Origin: Guillardia theta CCMP2712
Taxonomy: Eukaryota; Protista; Cryptophyta
DNA: 64,000 nucleotides
Assembly (NCBI RefSeq): GCF_000315625.1
Contig: NW_005434667.1
Coordinates: 30,936-94,935 of the forward strand
Direction of reading: 5' to 3'
The stretch's first letter is position 1. The number at the start of each line of letters is the position of its first letter. The notes beneath the pieces are model-generated. The model saw only the letters and a list, made by a program, of their open reading frames with translations. It had not been told where the DNA came from and searched no databases. Of the stretch, positions 20,769 to 34,040 are shown piece after piece. The position numbers and the translations under genes are program-made.

Positions 20769-23287
20769 TCATGGCACGATATTATTTCTCAAGCTTGAAT
20801 TGCTTGCTGAGCTGTATTTTCTGCTGCTTTTGTTAAATATGTCGCATACATTTGGATTCAACAGACCTTCACGGAAAAGAATGAGCGTGACATCGGAGCC
20901 CTGCGGTCCAGTGATTGCCTGCAGGATGATTAGCACCGTACGCTCCAGCAAACGCGTACCTGAATCACTGTGCTCAGAGGCTGGTTTTCAACAGAGGTTC
21001 CCTGCGAAAAAGAGGAATGAAAAACTATTGTTGTCGCTATGAAACTGAACCTGGATTGCTAATATGATGTCTCCAACAAAAACATTCCCGCTGTTCAACG
21101 AAACTAGTCACTCAACAGCAATTGAATTCAAAATGGCACACGGCAAACATGAGAGATATTCTGAGACGAAAAATTACACCTTTCGTATGCTGTTCCTCCA
21201 GGAGCAAGCTTTCGAACAACATGAATGAACTGGACTATTGTCATAAACAGAGGGCAACAACAACTGTCACCTGGCCTGGCTCATCCTCTAATTCTTTCAT
21301 CTCAATCTGAGAGCATTTCATCAGAAATTGATGTGATTCGAATACTTTGTGAGCACATCACCTGCACTCCTATCCCAGCCATAGCTCCTTTGGGAGGAAT
21401 GATGCCAGGAGGAAACACGCGCTTTAAAGTAACTTGAACAACCCCTGAAACTGACTCACGCGGCTATACCCCTCCTCAAATTTTACCTGTAATGTCCAGA
21501 TTGTGATGACTCTGGTTGTGACCCTGATGCTGTAAATTTAGGCACAAAATGAGATGCTCTCGGATACTTTCACTGGAGGATTGGCACCATCGACGCGCGG
21601 GGTGTTCCCTGCAGCCCATAGGCGCGGGATCTGCGAATTCAAACACATCACTTCCATTACAACCTACCATCATCTGTACCTTGGGAGCCGGTGCTTGATC
21701 AGGAGGAGAGGTAAATCTGGCAGCGTTGAGTTTCATAAAGGGCAGGGCAGGTTGTTGGGGCTTTTGTAGCGATGGGGTAAAAGTTTCCTCTTGGGAAACC
21801 ATCGTGGTCACGATGATTTTCTTTGCCGCCTCATTCTCGGAAGCTAAAGAAGCGCCTTCAGCTGCATCTACATTTGTGTCCTTTCCACCAGCTGCTTGGT
21901 AGGGCTCTGTCAAGTGAAGACGTCAAAAAACTCTCAACGATAAGGAGCTCAGCGTAACCATCAATAGAGGAGACTTGCTCGGAAGCGCTCTGACGTCGTA
22001 AAGCAGCGCCCTCCTCCTGCTGTTTCAACCTTGTCATCAACGACTCCTGTTTGTAAGATCTTCAATAAATCAACATGCATTTCGAATCATGTGAGATATA
22101 ACATGGCTTTGCGGAGGGGGTTTTGTCGATATTGAGGCAGGCACAGGTAACCCCTTCGGACTCGTCGAGGCATATGTAGACTGGCGGGTAAGAAAGGATG
22201 CCATCTTGTATACGTTTGAGTCTCGCGAGTCGCACCCAAGAAGCAAATCACCTGATGGTGGCCCCCGATCATTGCAAGGTCAACTGGGGTGTGACCTCGT
22301 CGATCCACAGCATTGACAGACGCTCCACATGCTACGGCTTGTTAGACTGTTTCCGCTGTCCGCTCTCTGCTTTACCGAGAAGCTCCTTTGCTGCTGAGAT
22401 TCTTCCAGTCGCGGCAGCAATATGGAGAGGAGTGTGTCCCTTTTCATCCAGGCTGAAATCCAAATATCGTCATGAGTAGACGTCGACACCCGCCCAAACC
22501 TGTGAACGTATTCCTTGCCTAAGAGCCGAATGGTTGTCGTGTCGTCGGAGGCTGCTGCCTGTAGATAACACGATAGCTCACGATTTAGTGCAGGTCCATT
22601 GTGATAAATGCAAATCAGACCTTGTGTATCATCGTAGAGCGATATGAATCGATCCTGTTGTGGTGCGTTCAATCAAATCATTCAGTCTGTGAATGATGGC
22701 GTTGCAATTTTGCCAGCATTCTCACTTGGGGACAGTGGTGGACTGCAGTCCCGAATTTCCATTGGCATGAGCGTGCATCCAGCTTTTCTGATGTCAGACC
22801 AAGAGGCATTGCTTTTTCACTAAGACGGAGTTCATACCCTCGGACTTGTACATCTTCTCCCCGTTGACGTGTTTTGAACCTGGCATAACATGAATAGAAA
22901 AAGCGAAACTTGAGAGGTATAAGATACTTGAGAGAAGATTCAGATGACTTGCTGCAGAGGTCTTCGATTCCCGCTGAGGATGTTGTGAGGATTTGTAACG
23001 AGCTAGAGGAAAAGCTTGTCATCATTCTTACCGACGCCACAACAGGTGGCACTTAAAGGTGAACTTGCTGTCCCCCCCATGCACTTGAAAAACGGCTGAT
23101 AACATAGTCAAAAAAATAGTCTCTGTCCCATTATATGCTCTCTGTTTTACTGCGGTTGTAGCCATAAACAATCCCACCCAGCTTGTGTATCTTCTTCTTC
23201 TCAACATCAATCTCACTCATACGCTCAGCGCTGCTTCTATTCAACTTTCACTCTCCTTTCACGCGTCGCTTCTCGATTGCTGCTCAT
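20769..23287 (-). CDS. multi-exon ankyrin-repeat + C-terminal PDZ-domain protein (5' end uncertain)
   Basis: Ankyrin motifs GHTPLHIAAATGRISAAKELL and GHTPVDLAMIGGHHQV; PDZ-like pieces MAGIGV, FVGDIILAI and QAITGPQGSDVTLILFRE in successive short exons. Confidence 0.6.
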
Positions 23288-24232
23288 CTTTGCTTTCAAC
23301 TTGACCGTCTCTTACAACTGACTTGACCACCCACCCCGTCCTTGTGACTCTGTTTGAGTGAAAATATCAATTAATTTGATGGGCAGCAGTCAAATCGTCT
23401 TTATTGGGCCGTGCTGTCTTTTCGTTTTCGTACCCTCTTGTGGCCTCTCTAGTCTAGAGTAGGGTGGGTTACCCCTACGGTACACTTTTATAGGTATTTT
23501 CTCTAAACATACCCCGGTACATGGCCACCCCCTACCTCCATCACTTTATACTCAGCATGGATTGGTGGCGGCCACCGCTTTCATGGATAGATAGGAGGAG
23601 GGAACAAGGGATGAAGATGGAGGAAAGACAGAGAAGAGAAGCAAAGACGGGCGAAAACTTGAAGACAGCAGGAGAAGGGAGAGAAAACAGTCCGTGAAGA
23701 CGAGCGGAAGGTGTTAGAGATGGGAAAAGTCTTGCATCAACATGGGCGAACCACATTTACTCAACATGGGAAAGAGTGCAGATGAAGAGGATGAAGAGGG
23801 AGGGGGAAAGTAGCGAACATGACAAGAAGAGATCACGATGGTTAGGTGCATTGAAAGGTATGGCGATCAGTTTATGCATAGGATTGAAGCGCATGAAGAG
23901 AAATGACATTTCATATGTCGAAAATAAGATGCTGGTTCAATCCTTGAAGAGATTGTGATGTCAAATCTTTTGTCTATTTGATTGTGATGAATTGAAGAAT
24001 CTGAAAGGAGTTCGAGAATCATGCTTGATGAAATAGAAAATTGCAAAATAGAAAATTGCCATGCGATTTTCATTCAAATGGACAAAAGAATCGGAAATGA
24101 GAAGTAGATTGTTGACATTGATGCTGCTGCAGGGGGGGTTTGCGTGGAAGACAGCTAGCAAGAGAAGAAGGATTATGGTCAAAGGATCCTTCGCTACTTT
24201 CAGAAGAGATTTGACGTATTGTTTCTTCACGG

Positions 24233-26034
24233 TTGTTTACTTCACGGTGTTTGTTCACCAAGCACATTCTTGGAGGTACTTATACATCTTTGTTGTTTTT
24301 TTCTTCCTCTTTTGCTCTTCTTGTATCCCCTGGTGATGTGTTGGTCTGTTTCGCAGCGCTCCAACAACATTTAGGACATCAAGTTCGAGCATGGGCTCCT
24401 GTCTCACACCGAAACTTCTTGGCCATGCAAGATTCTCTTGTGCTCGATCACACATCAGTGCGCTGCGATGCCTCCGAACCCCCGCCGCTCAGAATCGACT
24501 TGGTGCGAACTACTCGTGTTTGCTTGCACCTTCTAAAAGATTTCGTGACCACTGGCTTGCTTCCGCTCCCAGGCTTGAAGTTTCCCCTCCGTCTGAGAGG
24601 GGGCTGCATGGGTTGGCTGCTTCCTCAACGCTTCAGAGACCAGCAGCAGAGCCTACGCGCGTTCGTGTCTGCGGGAGGCAACGACTCGAGCATGAGACCT
24701 GACGAATCAAGCAAGGAAAACACCTCCGTCAGACCTCAGGTCCTGCCTTCATTCCAAATCTCTCTCCTAGCATTTCTTGTTCCAATGAGATGTACTCCTC
24801 TGCCTGAGGAAAACTCCTCGGCTCCCCTTACTCCTTTGTTACATGCTCCCTACTGTGATTAGTCAAACTCGGCCGACAATACACTTGCCAGGTTGTCTTC
24901 ATCCTTGGCGGTCCTGGATCTGGGAAGGGAACACAATGCGGAAAGCTTACAGCAGGTATACAATCGAAGGGGAAGGCAGCGTGATGATAAGGTCGCGATT
25001 AGAATTTCGTCGGATGCGCCATCTCTCTGCAGGCGACCTCCTTCGAGAAGAGAGAAAGTCTGCAACCTCTCAAGTGGGATTTTATCTCTCGTGGCATTAC
25101 AGGACGCTGACTTTACCTCACAGGGCGAGATGATCGACCAATACATGAAGGAGGGAAGAATCATTCCCGTGCGTTTTGATTACAATGATTTCAATTTGCT
25201 CAATTCAAAGCAGGTGGAAATCACAGCTCGCTTACTAAAACAAGCGATTGACAAAGACAAGTCAGAGAAACTAAGGGACTGAGTTCACGTATGTCTGACA
25301 TAGGTTCGCCTTGTAGGCATCGTTTTGATGTTTTTCTTATTGATGGATTTCCGCGGAACATGGTGAGAGAACACCTGATGATTGGTATACTTCCGTTGTG
25401 ACCGCGGCCTCGTAGGATAATCTGCGAGGCTGGAATGAGATAGTAGCTACTGACGTCAACGTGCAATTCATGGTCTTCCTCGAGTGTAGCGAGGAGGTTT
25501 CATCTTTTCCCCGAGGTCCTTTGGCTCCTCACCATGACCGCAGGTGATGACTGAACGACTGAAACAGCGAGGAGAGACCAGTGGGCGGGTTGACGACAAT
25601 GAGGTGAGCGAGGATCGGACGGAGGAGGATGGTGAAAGCTGCTGCTGTACAGGCATCGATTAGAAAGCGTTTCAAGGTCTATCAGTCGGTTGGTGCTGAA
25701 TCTACTGTTGGGCTTGCTGAAGCATGAGCAGGAAACGATGCCAGTAGTGCTTCAATTCGAGCGAGAGAAGAAGCTCAGGTCAGTCAAAGCGAGGGACAAT
25801 CATCGAATAACCAGCACTGCAGGAGAATCCGAGCAGACGAGGGGTCCATCGCAACCGTTTATGCACAAGTTAGGAAAACCATTGCTCCTCTCCTCGAGCA
25901 CAAGGTCAGCAGAACCTCGCAGTCTCACGCCTGACTTGCTGTCGCAGAAACACCGGGGTCTGGGAGGAAAACTATCCTTCGTGGGTGATCTCTTAAGGGT
26001 GAAATACGAGACCTTCTTGTGCCGTCGTTTCTGA
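24233..26034 (+). CDS. UMP-CMP kinase (adenylate kinase family) with long N-terminal extension; multi-exon, both ends uncertain
   Basis: Spliced GT-AG exons read VVFILGGPGSGKGTQC, HLSAGDLLREE, FLIDGFPRN, VFLECSEE, RGETSGRVDDNE, SIRKRFKVY. Confidence 0.9.
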
Positions 26035-26039
26035 CATGT

Positions 26040-26716
26040 CCACAGAATTTCTTCTTGACCAGGTTGGTGGTCAGTCTCCTCACTCGGGTCCGGAACAAAA
26101 GCGCATGATCATCAGCTGTAAATTGAGAGATCAACCGCAAGTCGATTCACTCCTGCTGTGCGCTCGGTGAACAAGTCAATCCTCACTCCTTACTGCCAAC
26201 TTTGACGGAAGAGTTTTCGACCCAAACCAGTATAGCCTCCCGTAGTCTACATAGAGCTCTTCCCCAGAATGAATGACGCGCGTTGCGATGACATCTGCGT
26301 AGCCATCGTCTGCCTTTCGGTCAGACCATTCAATCATGACCTCTTGCTTTACCAGGCTTCTTCTGGAAGCGGACGTTATGTCGATCGGCTTGGCGGCAGT
26401 CGTTGATGTACCTTGCCTTCACCTCCGGGAAGTTTCTGGCATCGCATGAGTTTCGGTGGGCGAGGAGGGAGGGAGGCACTTGAGGTCGATGTATTTCTGG
26501 GGTCCAAGGCGCATCAAGAAGCTCTTGTCCTGTTTTACCATCAGCTCATGTCTTGCACGGCAACATATCCACCTCAAGCTGCATGGCTTCTTTCGTAGTC
26601 AGAGTCCCTAGGGGCGATTCATATCGACATATCGTTTCCCCTTCCATGAAGTCTCGAGAAGCAAAAAGACCCATCCCTGCACCAGGCAGCAAAGACTTGG
26701 CGACCAATAGATCCAT
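26040..26716 (-). CDS. small SET-domain protein (lysine methyltransferase fold), multi-exon; ends approximate
   Basis: KSLLPGAGMGLFASRDFMEGETICRY ... RYINDCR...HNVRF ... VIATRVIHSGEELYVDYGRLYW. Confidence 0.8.
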
Positions 26717-27014
26717 GTCCAGTCTGCTTTCTTCATCGAAGATCATGACAAACAGGCAAACGTTCGATTTTCGCGTACCACCCGACATCCATGAAGTCGA
26801 GAGGAAATTTCTAGCCTGTGCTTTTGAATCATTACATAAAAACTTGTTGTAAGTTGCCCAACCAATATCTTGAGGCTGTATTATCATGTTCCAGAGCGAC
26901 AAGTCATTTGAATCTGCATGCACTTTCAAAACCAAAGCGAAAAAAGCTACTCAGTTTTGAACACTACAACACAGCACAATCTTAATGCAGTGTCATAGAA
27001 AGGAAACTTCGGAT

Positions 27015-27896
27015 TCAAATTTTCCTCAAGGATAACATTATGGCTTCCTGTAGCTCGGAATCTTCATCTATGCCCACATCTACCGGGTCTGTCAGATTTT
27101 TCTGGCTTTGTTTGCTATTCAAATCTGAATTGTTCCCATCGTTTTCATGTTCACTTGTAGAAAAGCCTGATGATGCTTGGACTGGAGAGTATGAGACGGA
27201 TGGATAAGAATTTCTCTCCAACTCCCTTCTAGAATGCCCAGACATGGCAGACATTGAAGAAAACAATGAAGACATCACATTCATTCTTGGCAGTTCAGCA
27301 AAGACATGTGAACCACATTTGAATATCAATCCGACCAAGAGCCCGATCACAGCAGGAATAAGAGAGAACGGCAATCTATACAAAAGCAGCTGAGAACAAA
27401 GCAGGATCTCAAACCATCTGTTGTCTATTCCAAACGTGAAGACAGAAAAGCGAACCTTCACGGGGATTTCAAACAAGTAGCGACTGAGAAGAGAAAAGTA
27501 CAGGACTAAGGGGCCGCTCTTTGACAACTGGCGAGATTCTATTCCTAGAGGTAGGAAGAATGCTAATAACAGCATCACAGCATGAGCAAAGCTTGCGAGG
27601 AAACACAAGAGCAGAAACTTCGAGCGCCCCAGATGACTTTCAACAAGCCTCATCCGAAACAAGAAGAAGCAACCGAACAACGTCTCTGCGCAAGTCTGCC
27701 ACGTGATCCATCCCGCACACAAAGTCATACAAAATGCTGTGATGGAGGACGTGGAAAAGCGAGTCAGAACGTCGAAGAAGGGCGTTGCGAATCTCCATAT
27801 CTGATTGCAAGCTAGCAGGCAGAGTGAACCCAGCGCAAGCTTGCCCGTGACGGGATAGGCTGTCCAAATTGAAGCTGCCATATCCTCCTCCATCAA
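27015..27896 (-). CDS. rhomboid-like pseudoprotease of the UBAC2/Dsc2 type with C-terminal UIM-like motif, intronless
   Basis: YPVT..L, LFGCFFLFRMRLVESHLGRSKF, SGPLVLYFSLLSRYLFEIP, SLIPAVIGLLVG and several TM segments; C-terminal EDSELQEAIMLSL. Confidence 0.75.
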   Translation of the reverse strand: MMEEDMAASIWTAYPVTGKLALGSLCLLACNQIWRFATPFFDVLTRFSTSSITAFCMTLCAGWITWQTCAETLFGCFFLFRMRLVESHLGRSKFLLLCFLASFAHAVMLLLAFFLPLGIESRQLSKSGPLVLYFSLLSRYLFEIPVKVRFSVFTFGIDNRWFEILLCSQLLLYRLPFSLIPAVIGLLVGLIFKCGSHVFAELPRMNVMSSLFSSMSAMSGHSRRELERNSYPSVSYSPVQASSGFSTSEHENDGNNSDLNSKQSQKNLTDPVDVGIDEDSELQEAIMLSLRKI

Positions 27897-28262
27897 CGCT
27901 GAGACCAGTGAGAGTAGGTGATATCACATATGTCTTGCAACCATTTGCCGCACGGGAAAGCGCAGCATCTGTAAGGGGTGGAGTGAGGCAGAACAAGCGG
28001 AACAGGCATTAGGAGCGAGCCAAGTGTAAACTAGGGAGTGAAAACATGGAGGGGGTGGCAAGTCATATAGTACAAGATGGAGAAGGGGAAAGAGGGAAGT
28101 GTGTGAAAGGGAGAATCCGACAGGGGATTGGAGGGGTTGGCATAGATGAGGATAGAGGATGTGGCAGTACCTGGTCTCCAGCAGGAGCTGACAAGCCTCA
28201 CAAGCCTCACAAGCCTCACACGCTTGTCTACACCCTCACTGCTCCAGCTGAGCTGAGCTCTT

Positions 28263-28440
28263 GGTGCCGGTGCTGGTGCCGGTGCTGGTGCTGGTGCCGG
28301 TGCTGGTGCCGGTGCTGGTGCCGGTGCTGGTGCCGATGCTGCTCAACTGGCTGCTCAACTGGCTGCTCAACTGGCTGCTCAACTGGCTGCTCAACTGGCT
28401 GCTCAACTGGCTGCTCAACCAGCTGCTCAACACTGCTCAA
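28263..28440 (+). repeat. compound 12-bp minisatellites (GGTGCCGGTGCT)n then (GCTGCTCAACTG)n
   Basis: Direct tandem repeats, about 6 and 8 copies. Confidence 0.9.
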
Positions 28441-29631
28441 CCAGGAGGCGGGTCGGAGAGGGTGATGAGGGTACACGTTGGCGGGAAGGGCAGTGGGCGC
28501 AGAGGACTGGGCGGGAAGGGTGGGGTAATGACAGTACCCCTTCATATGAGTGAACTATTGGTGATAAAGGTATGGTAGAGGTACAAGGATCGATTTTAAA
28601 CATGGAGGTAGGGTGAAGCGAACAGATGGATGGCCGAACGTGACATCCAAAAAGGTGGGTGGGGTGAATGGGGTGGTGTCAATCAGAGGGTACTCAAAGG
28701 GAATAGATAGGGTGCATAGCATGTTCCAGGGGGTTGGGGGTAGCGAGAATAGTGGGAAAGCGAGATTGTTATGTCCTCTCCTCTTCCAGTCCTGCCTCCC
28801 TCGGTCCTCGACAGCAGCACATGGTCAACGTAGCTCACCATGGCAGCTGCAGCGCTCAATGGCTCTGAGCACTGACCTCCTGCCAAGCGCCTATCTCTTG
28901 CTTGACTTGATATCGTCTTGCTGTTCCTTGCTCGTTTCCTGGGTATCTATCCAAGCTATCTGTCGTGGCTGAAACGTTGATTCTGATCTGTTGATTTGGA
29001 ATGAAACCCCAAATACGTTTGATTGTTGAGTGCGCATGAGGCATGAAAGAAACTGATTGTAGTGTTCGCGATGCCATGAGAAACGAAGATAACGTGTCTT
29101 GGAATGAAACACACCAGAACGTGGATATGATTGTGTCTGATCTGGCCTTGCACAGGGATATGGCCTTGAGCTCTAGAAAAAGAATGCTTGGAGGGGCACC
29201 TGGTACAGATGAAAACGCAATCCGAAGACGAGTCAGGTCTCAAATACACTGTTTTGTCCGCTGAGTTCTTTGACCTTGTGATATGAGTTGCACAACCCAG
29301 ACTTTGTTGCAATATCTGTTATGTTGGGCGACTGTTACATTTGAGTTGTGGTGGAGGTGGATGCATGATATTTGCGACTGCAAGAGTCCCAGAGATTCGA
29401 GCCATTCGTGCATGACGTCGATTCGCGATATGACATGAGATACCTTCTTGTTGTCTGTCGCGTCATCAACGATGTCGAGAATTGTCTGTGGATAATTTTG
29501 TGTTTTGGGGATCTTTGCAGACTTCATGAAAAGCAATCTTTTGGAATCTGTTTCAAAAATTCTTGTCTTGGATGGTCCCATGTTGTCAGTGGGAAGATGA
29601 TTAAGGTTGTTCTGACACTTTGGGTACACAG

Positions 29632-31217
29632 AGGGCCTCCGGGATCTCGAGTGTACGTGGGTAATCTTTCATGGGAATGCTCATGGCAAGACCTGAAAGA
29701 TCATATGCGCGGACCTGGAGGAGATCTGGTGCTACTTCTCGTTGCTCATGTCTGGCAGTCTTTCCTGAAAGTTTGTGAAAGGACGTTGTATACTCAGAAG
29801 TGATGTACGACAGTGGTGGAAGAAGGTTCTGTGCGTCATCGCCAGGGTTGCATTCCCCTGAGACAAGTTTTTCAGCAAAGGATGTGCCCTCGTAGAATAC
29901 TCTTCACCTCAATTTGCAACAAGAGCAATCGAAGAGCTTCATGATACTGTGCGCATAACGCAGTCGTTCAATTTTCAGACTGAACACACTTCAGGAAATA
30001 AGAGGGCGTAAGATCTTTGTTCGCGAGGACAGAGAGGACTCAAGGGTGTACGTTGGAAACCTGAGCTGGGAAGCTGCTTGGCAGGAAAATGAGCCGAATG
30101 CTTCCTTCTCTCGCCTTACTTGGGTAAACAGGATGTGAAAGACCACATGCGCGGACCCAATCAGGACATGGTGAACCTGGCTCTGTAGACCATCTTGCAT
30201 TTGATGCAACCTCAACCTTGCAGGACGTGAAGCATGTCGATGTTCTCCTGGACCCTGTAGGCAGAAGGTTGGAAATCATAGACTTTTACGTGCAAGAGGA
30301 GGGTTTCTGACTCTGTTTCATCCAGCAAAGGATGCGCGATTGTTGAGTATTCATCTCCTGCCGAAGCGCAGCGTGCCATTGATGAACTTAACCACACCGT
30401 AAGTAGTATGTGGTGATTTGATCCCTGCTGTTTGAATGATTAGTCGTTGATCAGGATTTGTTGGGGAGAAACATTTTTGTGCGTGAAGATCGTGAGAATG
30501 GAATTTCGAGCAACAGTGAGAATTGATGAGTTTAAATCACTTTCTCATCCGATTTCAGACAATGGCGTAACTCAAGTCACTTTTAATGGCGTCAACCACA
30601 ATCCGGCTGTGGTTCGAGGACCTTTCACCGTCATGAGAGGTGTTCTCGATCCCAAACTTGTTGTTTCTGATTCGTCCACAGGAAATATGAGGCCGAACGT
30701 GCCCATGCCTCAACGCGTCCAGATGCCCAGAGTGACTCGAGGTCATTTGACTGCTACCAGCTTGAGACCTAAACCCTCTCTGCCCAGGGCCCCAGGTCCG
30801 ACCTGCTCTTAAACGGCCTGGACAAGGTCGCCGCGTGTACGTGGGGAACTTGTCGTGGGACTGCCAGTGGCAGGTAAGAGGCTGGAGCTCTCCGAGACTG
30901 CGCTGACAGCAATCAAGGACCTGAAGGATCACATGCGAGCAGCAGGCGAAGTGCGCTATGCGGACATCATGTACGGTGAGAGCAACTCTGCTGAAGCTGG
31001 TTCACTTTCCACAATGATTTACGTGAGGCATCAGGACCAGATGGAAGATCCAAGGGATGCGCTTTGGTTGAGTATAATACGGTGGAAGAAGCGCAGAAGG
31101 CTATCACAGAGCTGCATGATTCTGTACCCGAGTTTTGAGAGTCGAAATTTTACTTACTTGCTGCAGGACCTTATGGGCCGCTTGATTTTCGTGCGCGAGG
31201 ATCGAGAGAACGTTTGA
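29632..31217 (+). CDS. three-RRM RNA/ssDNA-binding protein, Gbp2/Hrb1/Gbp1p (hnRNP M-like) family; 5' exons not resolved
   Basis: Three copies of RVYVGNLSW..WQD[LV]KDHMR...GRSKGCA[LI]VEY....A..AI.EL....GR.IFVREDRE over about a dozen short exons. Confidence 0.9.
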
Positions 31218-31700
31218 TGTAGTTCTCACGATGTTAAGTCAGTTCTCAACGGGTCGCCCGGCGGACTCCGAGCCTGTGGAGTTCCCGGCGCCGAAAGCCT
31301 CTCGTCGTAGAAAGTTCTTTCACTTCATAATTTTGGTAACGAAATTTCGGCGCGGATTTTTAAAAATGAAAGTCTGAGAAATTTATGATTTGACGTCACG
31401 TCATTGTAGCACGGACAGTTGCCGTTGGCCCAGTGGCTCCGGTGGCCGGGCCGAAGCCCGACCCGGTGATCGGGCCGCCGCCCGCGGCCGTCGCAGCCGC
31501 GTACTCAGCGGAGTCCAAGTTGAAGCCTCGGCATGAGTGGGCCGGGGCCGGGCGCCCGGCCAACGGCGGCGGGAGGAGAAAAAAGAAATCGAGGCCAGTC
31601 AAGTTGACGTGAGGTTGAAGGCGGGAGTGGGAGAGGGAGAGAGAGAGTCTGTGGGACATAGCGAGAGGAGGGGGCAATTCTATGATCAACGGAGACTTGG

Positions 31701-34040
31701 AATGAGTATGGACGCCCAAAGTTGGCAGGAGAGCAGGAGAAGTCAACATGAGGCCCTCAGAACTCATGTCAGCTCTCTTCATGCGCAGAGGCTCGAGCAG
31801 CTTGATCAAGCAGCAACTTCTCATAGAGAGAGAGGGGCAAGGCTCAAGCAGGTCCTGAGCGAACACCGACGCATATTGCATGACTTGTCCAAGTCCATGG
31901 AGACAAAGAGCGATGAGCGCAAGGATGGGCTGATCGACAAGCTTGGAGGGCTCTCCCAATTCTTCAAGCAAGATTTTCCTGCCTATGCAGGCAATGCAGC
32001 GTCGAGGTACGAGTCAATGCAGAACACGCAGAGCAGGAGGAAGAATTTCAAAGTCGAGAATCCATTCCTGACAGAAGATGTGTCGCAGACAGACTCTTCC
32101 ATGTGTAACTTCGAGGCGGGGTCAGACCTGGAGGACAGGTGCTCAGAACCTCTTGACGTCTTCGATGCGTCAGCGATCCCTGATCAACAAACTCCGAGGG
32201 TGAATACACCCGTGACAAGCGCCCGCAATCACCACGAGCATAAGCAATCCAAGCTAATACGAAATGGAAGGATCCTTGATAGAGAATCTCACTCTAAACA
32301 ACGAAGCGCAAACAAAGACTCTCCTCTTCCTGACCCAGATCAACTGAATCTCGTGGACTCCATCCACCTCGACGTCTTAGATCAGGACGGACTGCATTTT
32401 TTGTGGACGATGGAGAAAGAATTTGCAGTTTTTTTTAACAGAGTCAAGCACCTGGAGCACACCATGCAAGCTGTCTCCTCTTCTCTTCATCACACGCTAC
32501 AAAGGTTGCAAGATAAATTTTGAACTTCTACTGAAGCCGGAACGCAGACAGAACACCATTGTATCTGAGCTACGAGGAGGACTTCTTGAAGAAGTGAAAC
32601 TCAACAAAGATGGAACCCACATCCTGTCTGATCTTGAATCTTAGTTGAATGCGCTGAAGAATGCTGTGGGAAGCCTCAAGCATGCAAAAGAGCAACTAGA
32701 GCAGCAGCTCATTGCCAAAGACCAACACATTAAGGTTTATCGAAACAAGTTGTATCTTTAAATACTGATGAAAGGTTTGAAGAGAATTGAAGAAAATCTG
32801 GAAATGATGAGAAGTCATGTAAGCTATCAGAACAAGATGTCAAGGTTCATTCGTGTCTTCTGATTGCTCTTGTAACTTTCCGTCAGTCACATCGAGAAGC
32901 GAGCTGATGTTTGCGAGGAGATGGTTCTAAACATCGAGCTATGCCTGGCTTCAGGTGTGCTTGCGGTTCTCGCCCGAGAAGCTCTTGTGCTCCTTACAGC
33001 CTTGCAGTGCGACAAGAGTTTGTCCCTGGACATGCAGGTTCTGCTGCAAGAAACGCTTTGCATGAAGAAATCGCTCGCAGCAAGTCGCTGTCCGAACAGC
33101 TGCTTGCAATACAAGTCGAGATGGCAGCCAAGGTTTTTGAGCAGAAAAGAAAAAATATTCTGATTTCACGTTGCAGGACGCGAGAATGCAAACTGCGAGG
33201 ATCGAAGCGAAGAACATCTGGCACAAGCTTGAGCATGTCCAGAATGAGCATAGGAGGAAGATGATTTCTTCTCAGCGACTGATCTCAAGCTTGAACCACA
33301 AGGTCGTTAAAAGTCAAAGATGATGACATGTGCTGACGTTCTGCCGGAAGAATCGCGAGTACGAGAAGCAAGTCAGCGAGCTCAAAGATCAACTTCGACT
33401 TGTACAACATGCGGGAGGAAGGGAAGGAGGCGATAAAACGATGGAGAAGAACCCCCTAGCAAGGGAAACACCTGTTGGTCACCAAGACTTCGCCATGAGA
33501 GTGGTAGTCACTTTCCTCTCCTCCCCTCTCTCTCCCTCCCCTCCGCTTCACTCCTACCTGCTCCCCTCCTCACCTCCCCTGTCCCCTTCCCCTCTAAAAA
33601 CCTCCCTTACTCCCCTGCTCCCTGAACGCGATTGGCACTTCACCCCCCTTCCTTGCGTTCCTCCACTGACATCTTGAATCTCTAAGAGAAGCTCGCTGCC
33701 CGCGTCTCTTGGACTTTCTCCTCTTGACCTGACCGACGACGATCATCGAGAGCATGTAGAGTCGCTCGTGAAGGTCAGCAGGAGGATTGAGAGGCCGGAT
33801 GAGCAGACATGACTCTTGTTGCCGCAGTCAGTCGAGGGCTTGTGGCGCCTTCAAGATGAAGCAGCTGGCGCATGTGACATACAGGATCACGATCATGACC
33901 AGTATCAGTATCAGGATCAGGATCAGGATCAGGATCAGGATCCTCCAGGCAGACTTGACGAGAGCGCGGCCTCGTCTGAGGGAGGGATGAAGTACCAGAT
34001 TCTTCAATCCGCCCATGCTGATCATCACGGGGCTGACATT
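31701..34040 (+). CDS. hypothetical coiled-coil protein, multi-exon; 3' end approximate
   Basis: Large first exon (MSMDAQSWQESRR...) followed by heptad-rich exons (LHEEIARSKSLSEQLLAIQVE, REYEKQVSELKDQLRL). Confidence 0.55.

Noticed and set aside
29632-31217. Functional link between the Gbp1p-like (G-strand-binding family) gene and the telomeric cassettes
   Set aside because: It lies over 20 kb away among unrelated housekeeping genes; proximity alone is not evidence in a eukaryote
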